In this document: piece after piece, positions 28,801-37,339 of the stretch | Numbering within the stretch: the first letter of the stretch is position 1 | How the letters are laid out: each line of letters opens with the position of its first letter | Origin: Candidatus Omnitrophota bacterium | Lineage (GTDB): Bacteria; Hinthialibacterota; Hinthialibacteria; Hinthialibacterales; Hinthialibacteraceae | Length of the DNA stretch: 64,000 nucleotides | Direction of reading: 5' to 3' | Assembly (NCBI GenBank): GCA_040755155.1 | Contig: JBFMBP010000143.1 | Location: 35,309 to 99,308, forward strand | Translations under genes and position numbers: made by a program | The notes under the pieces: model-generated | The model's input: only the letters and a program-made list of their open reading frames with translations | The model's database searches: none | What the model was told of the DNA's origin: nothing

Positions 28801-29979
28801 GCCTGGGTGGGTTTGGATGGTTCCGCCGAAGGACTCGGTTTGGCGGAAGAGATGGGATGCCTCTCTCCGCGCGCCCTAGCGTTGGATGGCGAAGGACAGC
28901 CGATCGTCGCCTACGTTGATGGGGGACGCATCTATTGCCAGCGATACGACAAAGCGCGTTGGCGGGGATGGGAAAATCCCGCTGCCAAGCGGGATCAACT
29001 CAGCGAATCCAATAGCTCCTCGGCAGTGATCGTCAACGTTTCCGGCGATTATCCTGTAGTGATCTGGCATGACGACGATAGCGGCGCGCTCTACGCCAAG
29101 CAGTTCGACGGACAGCGTTGGCAACCTGCGGGCAAAGGAGCCGCATCCGGAAACGGCGTCGATCTGGGCGGACAGCAAGACGCCATATTGGACGCGGATG
29201 GGAAAGTCATCGTCGTTTACGCCAACGCGCAGGGAAATATTTATCTGCGGCGGTACGCTGAGCCAATCCCTACCGTCCAGCATAAAATTATAATCAATAC
29301 GCCGACGCCCACGCTGACGCCTATTCCCGGATGGTTCGTACTCGACGGCTATGGAGGAATTCACGGCAGCAACCCCGATATACGTCCGCCCGTATTGCCT
29401 TATTTAGCGCCATTCGATATTGTGCGGGACATCGAACCCGATCCACAGGGCCGGGGATGGTATATGCTGGACGGTTACGGCGGCATTCATACGTCGTCGC
29501 CCGATCTCCCCATTCCCAATAATCTGCCCTATTTTGGATTCGATATCGCCCGCAATCTGGAGATTCGAAATACGGATGAGGGATACGCCTTTTATCTATT
29601 GGATGGCTATGGATGCGTACATACAAGCGTCGAGCGCTTTGATCATAGCGAATTGCCTTGGTTCGGCTACGATATCGCCCGAGATTTGGAACCGGCGCCG
29701 GACGGCAATGGCTGGTATATCCTCGATGGTTTTGGTTTTGTTCATCCTACGTCGAAATACCTGGCGCAAATCCCCTTGGGCGCCATTTGGGAACAGACGC
29801 CTTTGTTGAGAGGCATGGCGGCGTTTCCTGGCAGCCGTTTCGTTCTCATTGACGCTTACGGCGGTAGGCATACGAATCCCTCACTGCCCGTTTCCGACGC
29901 GGCGAACGGCTTGCCGCAGGATTTCTACTTTCCGAATTTCGATATCATTTGGGATATAGAGGCTATTCAGGGAAAATAA
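25882..29979 (+). CDS. Giant secreted WD40 β-propeller repeat protein with Pro/Thr linkers, a middle domain and five C-terminal ~42-aa repeats of an unrecognised family
   Basis: At least 12 WD-like units (…SPDG…GS.D.T.KIWD…). PT linker at 28015–28135. Repeats GWYxLDGYGGIHTS…LPYFGFDIARDLE at 29320–29975. Confidence 0.8.
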   Translation: MKSTLLLVWGKRGCIMIVSHRTSLLLILLASMSIGFNLNASLGESFAVVLAETPTETPNEELTATQVLINPDVPAREPIAIMGMGVVNRAVYSPDRRFVAVASNEGAFLWNVENDQPELVYQLIHHTAKVNDVVFSRDGEELITVNADKTIKIWDAVTGLEKQILTGHQAEIICAALSPDGNWFLTGSLDKSVKLWDAESKDLICTFEGLPEGITSLAIAPEGNEFLTGGQGGSIQRWNVITRKQSGEYLTERKDYVHGLAYSPDGEQIAALIGNQVIYLLNRKTGATIYSEGYNYGSFYVMAPKRGSVVFSPDGRYLLNTDNSYVSLEKYGFFKGINGQIALRNSKTGELISRVICHPHFIYSASFSPDGRRIITGSYDTTCRIIDVESWQEIGRLGGHAQFFRTYAYYIDAFKPRIDFSSDGEKIISAAADNSVMVWDAQTGKKIKSFDRHGGTVYCAVFSHDGKYVATGGADYYLRIWNYLTGEETVAMWNGYRVFDCDFSQHDAWIVANKRLWDVKWGQLIQTYDVPETVNMSKISNSMQWILAGYPNGLQINDLYSGEKILNLGNGQWGNGQWINTLYDISRDDRFLVTSAYLSEADYDNSKTYISIWNSENGECLKTWTKQKNIRVTSISFSPDGDYIAIGNNGGSTSAWVEIWNWKSDRNSPVWSFLTLSQITEAIFSPDGKRLASIDDYGRIFVWYVGDILFEPTPQPGEPTRTQTPIPTQTPTLTPTVTPTLSPTPTVIPSRSLTWTEFSSDSAKGAGLGPGSTPYGPLALGLNGDGGPVVGWSELFDIPHTYFIQWDGKTWQDMGTSLKEEKHLYMYIRVNRITKDPKDNKVVMSASNGKSQLHKFDGRNWVVWDNSGRGENDGNCFFADLAFLPDHSPLILFNHTSYYPECIEKTNIRLRKFDGQYWPDFNPGSAFKSGIADCTGAADLPQLQVTRDWRVYALWEQVTADSRAIFLKMWNTAAWVGLDGSAEGLGLAEEMGCLSPRALALDGEGQPIVAYVDGGRIYCQRYDKARWRGWENPAAKRDQLSESNSSSAVIVNVSGDYPVVIWHDDDSGALYAKQFDGQRWQPAGKGAASGNGVDLGGQQDAILDADGKVIVVYANAQGNIYLRRYAEPIPTVQHKIIINTPTPTLTPIPGWFVLDGYGGIHGSNPDIRPPVLPYLAPFDIVRDIEPDPQGRGWYMLDGYGGIHTSSPDLPIPNNLPYFGFDIARNLEIRNTDEGYAFYLLDGYGCVHTSVERFDHSELPWFGYDIARDLEPAPDGNGWYILDGFGFVHPTSKYLAQIPLGAIWEQTPLLRGMAAFPGSRFVLIDAYGGRHTNPSLPVSDAANGLPQDFYFPNFDIIWDIEAIQGK

Positions 29980-30027
29980 TTGCGTTCATGCGATTAGAAG
30001 CCAGCCATGAGGAAGCGATTGATTCTC

Positions 30028-30654
30028 TTAACGCTGGTTCGTGCGGTGGCGGCTGGATGAGCGGTCTTCTGTCTGGCCTGCTCGTTTTTCCCGGCGCAAT
30101 TGGACTTTGGAGGTGTCGATTTTGTCGAAGAGAGTGGTTTCGCCCAGCCTCAAATCTCCCATCTTGAATGGCATTTGATCCGGCGGGACGGGACGGAGGT
30201 TGTGATAGTTCATCCGCAACTGCCGTTTGAGATCGTCGATATACTCCGGAATGGCGTCCGGCCCTTCGGCGGCAATCATCCGGAAGAAATCTTTCAATTC
30301 CTGTTTGAGAGAGAGTGGAATTTCAATGCGGTTAAAATTGTCGACGGATAATAATCCCCGCCCCAGGCACCAGCAAATCATCTCCTTGTTCATGGATACG
30401 TCATTGCGCCAATCGAAGGCAGTGAGGATTTGATTGGCGGGCAGGCTTTGTCCCGAATGGATGATAAAAAGATAAAGCCGCAGCAGAGTTCGGAAAAAAT
30501 TGGCTTCGCACTTTTCGTATTTCGCGCCGAAGGATTTGGGGTGATAGACGGGATAGGCTTTCAACGACGGATCGTATTCTGCGCCGAAGCTGCTTCCGCA
30601 AACGACGCATTTTAAATGATGCTTGGGTGTATTCGAACTCTGCGGCGACGCCAC
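30028..30654 (-). CDS. Hypothetical protein with an N-terminal CxxC zinc-ribbon-like motif
   Basis: 208-aa ORF; HHLKCVVCGSSF near the N-terminus. No family recognised. This is the longest ORF in an otherwise unassigned 0.8-kb gap. Confidence 0.35.
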   Translation of the reverse strand: MASPQSSNTPKHHLKCVVCGSSFGAEYDPSLKAYPVYHPKSFGAKYEKCEANFFRTLLRLYLFIIHSGQSLPANQILTAFDWRNDVSMNKEMICWCLGRGLLSVDNFNRIEIPLSLKQELKDFFRMIAAEGPDAIPEYIDDLKRQLRMNYHNLRPVPPDQMPFKMGDLRLGETTLFDKIDTSKVQLRREKRAGQTEDRSSSRHRTNQR

Positions 30655-30836
30655 GCGCTATGCTCCTTCGCGATCGAAACGGCTAATTCTTATCTTTCTA
30701 TCATAGCCTTCCTTCCGTCAAGGTAAATGGCGGCTAGGCGAAACGTTGGCTTCCTTTGCCGGCGCCTCATGGTTTTATACGATCCAAACCGGTTCCCAGA
30801 AGCGAATCGTTATCGAATATCGCTTGATGCCAATGC

Positions 30837-31394
30837 CTATGAAACGCCATATTTTTTCCAAAAAATTAAAAAACGAGGGACGAGAAAGGGCGTGTTCCGT
30901 TTATACTGCAAATACTCGTCCCCAAATCGCAACGCCATCTCTTTTTCTTCTACTAGTTTGATATAGGCAGCCAGGAATATAGTGAAAAGAGAAACGCATA
31001 GCATGGAGGCGTACGATGCAGCGAGAAAGGATACGCCAAAATAGGCCAGTATCGTTCCTAAAGCCATCGGATTGCGGCAAAAGGAATACGGCTTTTCCAT
31101 TAATAATAATTTCGTGGCCATGATGGGAATAGGAGTTCCGCGCGCGAAGCGAAATTGCTTCCAAGCGGTCCATAGGGCAAGAAACAAACCGGCGGCGGTT
31201 ACAACCAGTCCAATAGAGGACGCCCATGCAGGCGCACTAAACCGCCAGCGATCTCCTCCCGCTTTCGAAAGCCAAAAAAGAAAGGCAGGGATGCCGAAGA
31301 CGAAGATCGTCGATCCGCAAGCCATAATGAGCAGCCGCGCTGAAGCGGAATATTCTTTTTGGCTCTGCCGAACAATACGCTGTATAAGATTCAT
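30837..31394 (-). CDS. Isoprenylcysteine carboxyl methyltransferase (ICMT/PEMT) family membrane methyltransferase
   Basis: C-terminal RNPMALGTILAYFG…EEKEMALRFGDEYLQYKRNTPFLVPR is the ICMT-family signature. It has 4–5 TM helices. Confidence 0.7.
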   Translation of the reverse strand: MNLIQRIVRQSQKEYSASARLLIMACGSTIFVFGIPAFLFWLSKAGGDRWRFSAPAWASSIGLVVTAAGLFLALWTAWKQFRFARGTPIPIMATKLLLMEKPYSFCRNPMALGTILAYFGVSFLAASYASMLCVSLFTIFLAAYIKLVEEKEMALRFGDEYLQYKRNTPFLVPRFLIFWKKYGVS

Positions 31395-31423
31395 GATTTA
31401 TGCCTTTCTCTTGTTGCTCTTTA

Positions 31424-32578
31424 TTACGCATTTTCATTAGGAGACGCGCATGTAGTATCGTTTGGCTCGCTTGCTGCTTTTGGGACATCTTTCCGGCTTT
31501 GAGAAAACTCTTGGCCGAAAGCCGTCAGCCCGCCAAGCGCTCCCAATCCCATCGTCTCTACGGCGGAGGAAGGCACGATAATCATCGAACCTTTTTGTCT
31601 TAGACCTTCGTAAACCATGTTCATAGCGCGCAAGTGGAGCGCGACGGGATTATCGCGGTAATGTTCGGAGGCGCGCGCGAATTTCTCGGCGATTTCCGTC
31701 TCCGCCGTTCCTAATATGATCCGGCTTTGCCGTTCGCGTTCCGCCTGGGCTTGGCGCGACATGGCGTCCTCGAGTCCTTTGGGGATGATAATATCGCGGA
31801 TTTCCACCGCCTGAGTGGTGATGCCCCAAGCGCTGGTTTTCTCGTCAAGCGTTTTCTGGATTTCCTGGCCCAGACGATCGCGTTCGGAAAGCAGCACGGA
31901 CAAATCGTTTCTGCCGATGGCGTTTCGCAAAGCGGTTTGGGCCGAGAGAATGACTGCATCCTCGAAACGTTCCACTTCCAGCACCGACTTTTCCGCATCC
32001 CAAACGATCCAGAAAGCGATAGCGTCAACGCTTACGGGCACCGTATCCGATGTCAACGTGGTTTCGGCGCTGAAATCCGTAACGCGAATCCGTTGATCGA
32101 CGAATTGCGCCACCTTATCGATGATCGGAGTCATAATGAACACGCCAGGTTTGCGAATCCCTTTAAATCGGCCAAAACGCAATAGAACCGCTCGCTCCCA
32201 TTGGTAGACGATTTGGATGGCGGGGGCTGCCAGCGAGGCAATAAAAATCGTAGTCAAAAGCGTCTCGCTATCGGGACGCAATAGCAAATAAGTAGTCAGG
32301 CAATCCGCTGTAGAGAGAATCACGACAGCTTCCCACACTTGGCTTATCCGGAATAGAATCCCCAAGACCAGCGCCGATCCCAAGCTCAATAGCACGGCAT
32401 CCACGGAAAACTCGTGAATGGAAAGATGAGTAATAAGACCGGCAAAAAAGATCGCCACCAACAAAAAAACGTTTAGTGGAGAAAAGCGGAAATCCGCTCG
32501 CAAAGTAATGGCAAATTTTTCCGGGGAAAATGACTGGCTCTCTTTGCATGGATTCGATAACTTCGATATGCCGCTCAT
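31424..32578 (-). CDS. SPFH/band-7 (stomatin/HflKC-like) protein with a multi-TM N-terminal extension
   Basis: VLLRFGRFKGIRKPGVFIMTPIID…AIGRNDLSVLLSERDRL…ERERQSRII. The start overlaps the upstream GntR stop. Confidence 0.8.
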   Translation of the reverse strand: MSGISKLSNPCKESQSFSPEKFAITLRADFRFSPLNVFLLVAIFFAGLITHLSIHEFSVDAVLLSLGSALVLGILFRISQVWEAVVILSTADCLTTYLLLRPDSETLLTTIFIASLAAPAIQIVYQWERAVLLRFGRFKGIRKPGVFIMTPIIDKVAQFVDQRIRVTDFSAETTLTSDTVPVSVDAIAFWIVWDAEKSVLEVERFEDAVILSAQTALRNAIGRNDLSVLLSERDRLGQEIQKTLDEKTSAWGITTQAVEIRDIIIPKGLEDAMSRQAQAERERQSRIILGTAETEIAEKFARASEHYRDNPVALHLRAMNMVYEGLRQKGSMIIVPSSAVETMGLGALGGLTAFGQEFSQSRKDVPKAASEPNDTTCASPNENA

Positions 32579-32952
32579 TTTTCTTTCTCCTTTCGTTGAT
32601 GCAGTTCTTCGTATAAATCCTCAAGCGTAAATCCATATGACGAGGCGCGCGCCAACATATCGGTCAAAATCTGGTCCATCATTCGCTGGCGCTCAAGCCG
32701 GTCGATATCGGGTCGGCGATCGCTGACGAAAGTCCCTGAACCTTGCTGCGTGTCGAGCATTCCTTCGATCTCCAATTCGCGGTATGCGCGAATGACGGTA
32801 TTCAAATTGATCGAAAGATCGACGGCGAGTTGACGGACCGTCGGGAGCTGATCGCCCCGTTGCAAATCGCCGCGGCCAATAGCGAATTTCACTTGTTCGA
32901 TGATTTGCCGGTATATGGGGACGCCACTTTTCCCATCGATAAAAAATTTCAT
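32575..32952 (-). CDS. GntR-family (YtrA-like short) transcriptional regulator
   Basis: MKFFIDGKSGVPIYRQIIEQVKFAIGRGDLQRGDQLPTVRQLAVDLSINLNTVIRAYRELE is a winged HTH. Confidence 0.8.
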   Translation of the reverse strand: MKFFIDGKSGVPIYRQIIEQVKFAIGRGDLQRGDQLPTVRQLAVDLSINLNTVIRAYRELEIEGMLDTQQGSGTFVSDRRPDIDRLERQRMMDQILTDMLARASSYGFTLEDLYEELHQRKEKEK

Positions 32953-33188
32953 GGCGTTTCTCCAATGACTTATTGTAATAATCAAATATAACATTAATTC
33001 AATTTGCTGTCAAGAGATTTTTAAAATATTTTTTGGGGGATTGTTTTTTATTAGACTCTACAAGGCATTAGAAAATATTCTACGATATAACTTTCTGATA
33101 ATATTAAATTTAATATGATAAACCTACAATTATTCTAGGATTATTTTTGGGTAGTATAGGATGGATTATAAAAAATAATTGCGTGTTT

Positions 33189-34960
33189 TTAACGGCAGGA
33201 AAACGGCAATTCGCGATTAACTATAATCAATTCGAGATTTTCTCCCCTATGGCCTTGGGCTTCCATAGAGGTTAATTGAACCTTTGCTTCTCCATATTTT
33301 TGGGCGACAAAGAAGAGGCTGACTAATGCGTCTTTTTCGTCCATGCAAGCGCCAGGCAGAGCGGCGGAAATTTTTTGACGCATGAGACCCCCTTCCGCGT
33401 TGGCTTGGAAAGGAAGGCCGAATTGGGGGATTACGGATATCTCCCGGCTCCAAGCGCCGCCGATCGTCATGCCGAGAAAGGCGAGTATTTCTTTCGAAAA
33501 ATGAAAATCGAAAAGAACGTTGCATAGACGTCCGCCATCCTCCACGGCGATATCGACGCGAATCGCGTCGCCTGGCTTTACGGCGTATTGCGCCGGATTT
33601 TTCTCCATTCCGTCTGCGATCCAAACCAAATTCAATTTGGGCTGAACCGGCGCCAGACGGATTAAACAAGAAGGCGCGGCGATTTTAGCTGGTTGCTGGA
33701 CGGGATTGCCAGGCGAGGCGGCGCGGAAAAAGAAATTGGCTAATTCCAGTGAGGCCGTAGATGGAGATATATTTCCAGCGGGGGAGATGGAGAAACGCAG
33801 CAACTCTCCGCCGCCGCTTGGGCCTTCATAAAGGGGAAATGGCGCGCTGCTCTGCAACGTCAGACTTCCGGGAGTATCGAATGAAGCGTGCACTTGGGCG
33901 TCGTCGGCGGAATTCTGCCACCACGAGCCGTTGCGTATGCTTTCCAGGCTGATCTTGACGATCTTGGGATCGTAACGGATTTCCGCAAAGAACCACGATA
34001 AATTTTCCGCCTCGCGAATGAAGAGCGAGATGTTTTTCGGCGGGCCTTCGGGATCTAAGGAGATGAAAGGCGTTTGAAATCCGACTTCCGTATTCCAGCC
34101 TGGAGGATACCAGCGGGGAATTTTGTCGCCGGGAATCCATTCCAAATCGATCGCCGCATCGATGCCCAACGGTGCGGTCTCTACGGCGGGTGCGCCCCCG
34201 CAGGCGTGAATATCGCCGAAAACGCTAAGGATATAATACCCCTTGCCAAAGGGCGAAAGTTCCAAGTCACAAGCCAACCCTTCACCCAAATCCGGAGCAT
34301 CCGGTGAAAGGACGGCTTCTTTGTTCGTTAGATAATAGACCTTGCTTTTTCTTGTCAGGACGTAAAATCCGTCTTGATAAAACTCGATATCGAGGGCGGC
34401 GTCATTCGTCAACTGCAAACGATCGAATAGCATATAGTCGCTATTCGAACAGAGAACCGCGCCGCCGTCTTCGAATAGTATGGCGAGCCGTTTCCCGCGA
34501 GCGTCGTATTTGACGCCGGATAACGTTCGTTTTTCGTCGAAAGTTGGGAAAATCAAGGCGGGGCGGTCGCCTCGGCTGACCATATGATTTTTAGAGATAA
34601 ACCATCCCCCGCCGCCGTTAGGAGTAAGGGCGAATTTTTTACTCTCACCCAAAAGCGGCCAAAACGAATAGGGTAGTTTTACGTTTCCGATGGGAATTAC
34701 GGCGCCGTTGACAGCCAATTGAAAGCCGCCTGCATCCAGCGTTTCCAGATCGACGATGGCGGGAAGGGAATAAGTTTCTTCCGGCGGACGCACGATTTTC
34801 GGTTCCATAGTCTTAGCGCCAGGAGTAAAAGAGACGCCAATAATTCCGCCTCCTTTGTTTTGAATAAGAAAAACGGCGGATTTTACGGGATCGGCGCCGC
34901 AAGGCTTCCCTATCGCCGCCGTCAGAAGCAGTAAAAGAAAATACAATTGACTTCGATTCA
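33189..34960 (-). CDS. Secreted protein that carries the same ~42-aa repeat family as the C-terminus of the WD40 giant
   Basis: Signal peptide MNRSQLYFLLLLLTAAIG. The repeats include GKGYYILSVFGDIHACGGAP…LGIDAAIDLEW. Confidence 0.55.
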
Positions 34961-35169
34961 TAAAATAATAGTATAAATCCATTCCCATTGGAAAGAATAG
35001 ACGGCAACGATTCTACTCAAGACCTTCCGCTTATCAAACGAGAATATGGGTATCAATGTCTCCGGCGAATGACGGACTATCGCACTATACTAAAGCCATG
35101 CGGCAAACTTTGAAACCGCTATTTACGTCGCTGTTGCTAGAGGTTCTTGCAAAAATAGTATAATTTTCT

Positions 35170-35290
35170 TTTCAATTCTCCCCCCAAGCTTGGGGGGAGT
35201 TAGAGGGGGGTTGATTTTTTTAGACTTATCTCAATCCCCTCCTAACCTCCCCCAAGCTTGGGGGAGGAATAATATAGTTTTGCAAGAGGC
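35170..35290. repeat. Nested palindromic inverted-repeat element in a divergent promoter region
   Basis: Arm 1 is tctccccccaagcttggggggagttagaggggggttga. Arm 2 is tcaatcccctcctaacctcccccaagcttgggggagga, which is approximately the reverse complement of arm 1. Each arm contains its own CCCCCAAGCTTGGGGG palindrome. Confidence 0.5.
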
Positions 35291-35300
35291 TCGCTAGATA

Positions 35301-35930
35301 ATGAAAAAAACGCTTCTCGTGTATTTTCTACTGGCATTATGGACGATAACCGGCGTCCGTCCGGCGGCGGCGGATCGATTTACGCTTTTTGCGGGAGAAA
35401 TTTTCATTGGAAATTACATCCGCGAACAAGATAAACGATTCGTTATCGATCGTTACGGTTATACGGACATCATGCCCGGCTGGGAAATTAAAAAATGGGA
35501 AAAAGGGGTGGATCTTCTTTTTCCTGCAAACGGCGAAATCATCGCTTCACCGACTGGTTACATAACTTTAAACGATCGCCGCATCGCGTTCCAATCGAAG
35601 CCGCCCGCCGAAGCGGGACATTTGGAAATGGTTCCACAACTCCAACTTTTTTGGATCGAGCGGCATCGGTATATGCGAGGCTATCTCATCAACCGGACGC
35701 TGTACGGCCATCAAACGCTGCTGGTGGAATTAACGTTTTACAATGCTAAAAATCTCACCGTTTATAAACAAGAAGCCAATATGTTCGACGTATATCCCAT
35801 GACGGCCAAACCGTTTATCCTCGATACGCAACAGGCGCCTTGGGATGAAATCGTCCGCATCGCCGCAAAGACCGTATCGGGCGTCATGATGAAGCCGAGA
35901 GCGCCTTACTATTACCTCAAGTACAAGTAA
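35301..35930 (+). CDS. Secreted hypothetical protein
   Basis: Signal peptide MKKTLLVYFLLALWTITGVRPAAA. Confidence 0.5.
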   Translation: MKKTLLVYFLLALWTITGVRPAAADRFTLFAGEIFIGNYIREQDKRFVIDRYGYTDIMPGWEIKKWEKGVDLLFPANGEIIASPTGYITLNDRRIAFQSKPPAEAGHLEMVPQLQLFWIERHRYMRGYLINRTLYGHQTLLVELTFYNAKNLTVYKQEANMFDVYPMTAKPFILDTQQAPWDEIVRIAAKTVSGVMMKPRAPYYYLKYK

Positions 35931-36267
35931 CTTTCGCTTTTTGTGATTTTTTTGTCATTCCGGCAACGCCGTCTTTCCAGTTCCACCATTTGAGAAGTTC
36001 TGGATCGCAATCTTCATGGGAAGCGAAATTTACGGCGCAACGGAATACGTACAACAAACAACGATCCGCTTTCCTGCCCAACAATTGGCAAAATCTCTCG
36101 TAAAGCGCTTCCGGATTCTCGTCCCTCAGGCCGGCGACGGACCGTATTCCCAGATTCCATAGAACTTCGGCGATGCGTTCGCCGACGCCGGGAATAACTC
36201 TCAGTTCCTTAAGAACCGACGGCTTCGACCGATTCGCTGGAGGGGGTGTTGTTGGTTTCATCTTCAT
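35917..36267 (-). CDS. Helix-hairpin-helix DNA-binding protein (Cdd1 / 'pathogenicity locus'-like)
   Basis: LKELRVIPGVGERIAEVLWNLGIRSVAGLRDENPEALYERF resembles the PF11731-type HhH. The start was set to the internal MKMKP because the longer ORF overlaps the upstream gene. Confidence 0.45.
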   Translation of the reverse strand: MKMKPTTPPPANRSKPSVLKELRVIPGVGERIAEVLWNLGIRSVAGLRDENPEALYERFCQLLGRKADRCLLYVFRCAVNFASHEDCDPELLKWWNWKDGVAGMTKKSQKAKVTCT

Positions 36268-37231
36268 GAGTATTCTCCTGTTCTTCCATCGGCGCCGTGG
36301 ACGCGGCGGCCTCTTGAGAACAGCACAATCTTCTTTGCACTTCCTGCTTGATCGCCTCAAAATCGAAAGTGATATCGGCGAACTTATTTTTCAATTCGCG
36401 GCGAATAGTCAGAATGACGGGTTTGCTGAGCAGAATTTCGTCCAAGTGGGCTTTTTCCCTGACGAGGATGTTTTCCTGCTGCATTAGCCTGCGCAGGAGT
36501 TGTTCGTCGATGGGTTTGATGACGCCTTTGCTTTTCGCCAGTTTCAACACTTCCACCACTTTGGAAATCTCGCCGTTGTCCCGGTTTTTCAACGCTTCGC
36601 GGGAGTAACACTTGGACATCAAGTTGGATAGCAATTTGGGATTGTTCATCTGGCTCGACCAGTGGGAATCGCGTTTGAGACGCTTATTGGCTTCTTCCGC
36701 AATCGCCGCCGCATCCATGAAACGGTCCACTTGGAAATAGCATTCGGCTAAAAGGGCCATGGCGGGATGGTATTCGTGGCAGTACTTGAATACGTTTTCC
36801 AAATAATGGGTGGCTTTTTCGATATAGGAGGCGTGTTCGACTTTGAGGCAGGATTCGCCGATTTCGAAGGCGATGTCGTTGCGGTCGACGGCGTCGGAAC
36901 TATGTTTTTTGGCGTGGGGGATATGGTTGTCCAAAACGCCTTCGGAGAGACGGTAGGCGTTTTCCAGGCGGGCGATGGAACTATGGCGCTCGCCGCACCA
37001 AGAAAATCCCTTGCCCAGCCAATATTCCAGTTCCCAGGACGATTCGTTGGCGAAGTACTCTTGGATTTCCTTGATGGCGTTGAGAATCTCTTGAATGGTT
37101 TTGATGGGGGTTTTTTCGCCTTCGGCGTGTTCGATCACATTTTCGAAAGCGGCTTTGATCCGAATATTGCTTTTTAGAAATTGAATGGCGTCTTGTTGGT
37201 TTTGTATGGAATGTTTTTCGAGAAAACTCAT
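36209..37231 (-). CDS. Hypothetical protein (cytoplasmic, acidic C-terminal tail)
   Basis: 340-aa ORF starting MSFLEKHSIQNQ. No family recognised. Confidence 0.45.
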   Translation of the reverse strand: MSFLEKHSIQNQQDAIQFLKSNIRIKAAFENVIEHAEGEKTPIKTIQEILNAIKEIQEYFANESSWELEYWLGKGFSWCGERHSSIARLENAYRLSEGVLDNHIPHAKKHSSDAVDRNDIAFEIGESCLKVEHASYIEKATHYLENVFKYCHEYHPAMALLAECYFQVDRFMDAAAIAEEANKRLKRDSHWSSQMNNPKLLSNLMSKCYSREALKNRDNGEISKVVEVLKLAKSKGVIKPIDEQLLRRLMQQENILVREKAHLDEILLSKPVILTIRRELKNKFADITFDFEAIKQEVQRRLCCSQEAAASTAPMEEQENTHEDETNNTPSSESVEAVGS

Positions 37232-37339
37232 TGTCTTATCCTTTCGGCGCAACGTAGCCGGTAATCGAATTTTTCGTAGAATGCAAATCCATCAAAATAA
37301 GTCGGTTGTTTTTATCGATTTCACATCGCGATTCGCCGC

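Noticed and set aside
32995-33190. Strongly AT-rich 200-bp block as a possible foreign insertion
   Set aside because: It is too short and sits exactly where the GntR-operon promoter and operator are expected. I interpret it as regulatory DNA and not as a horizontally acquired island.
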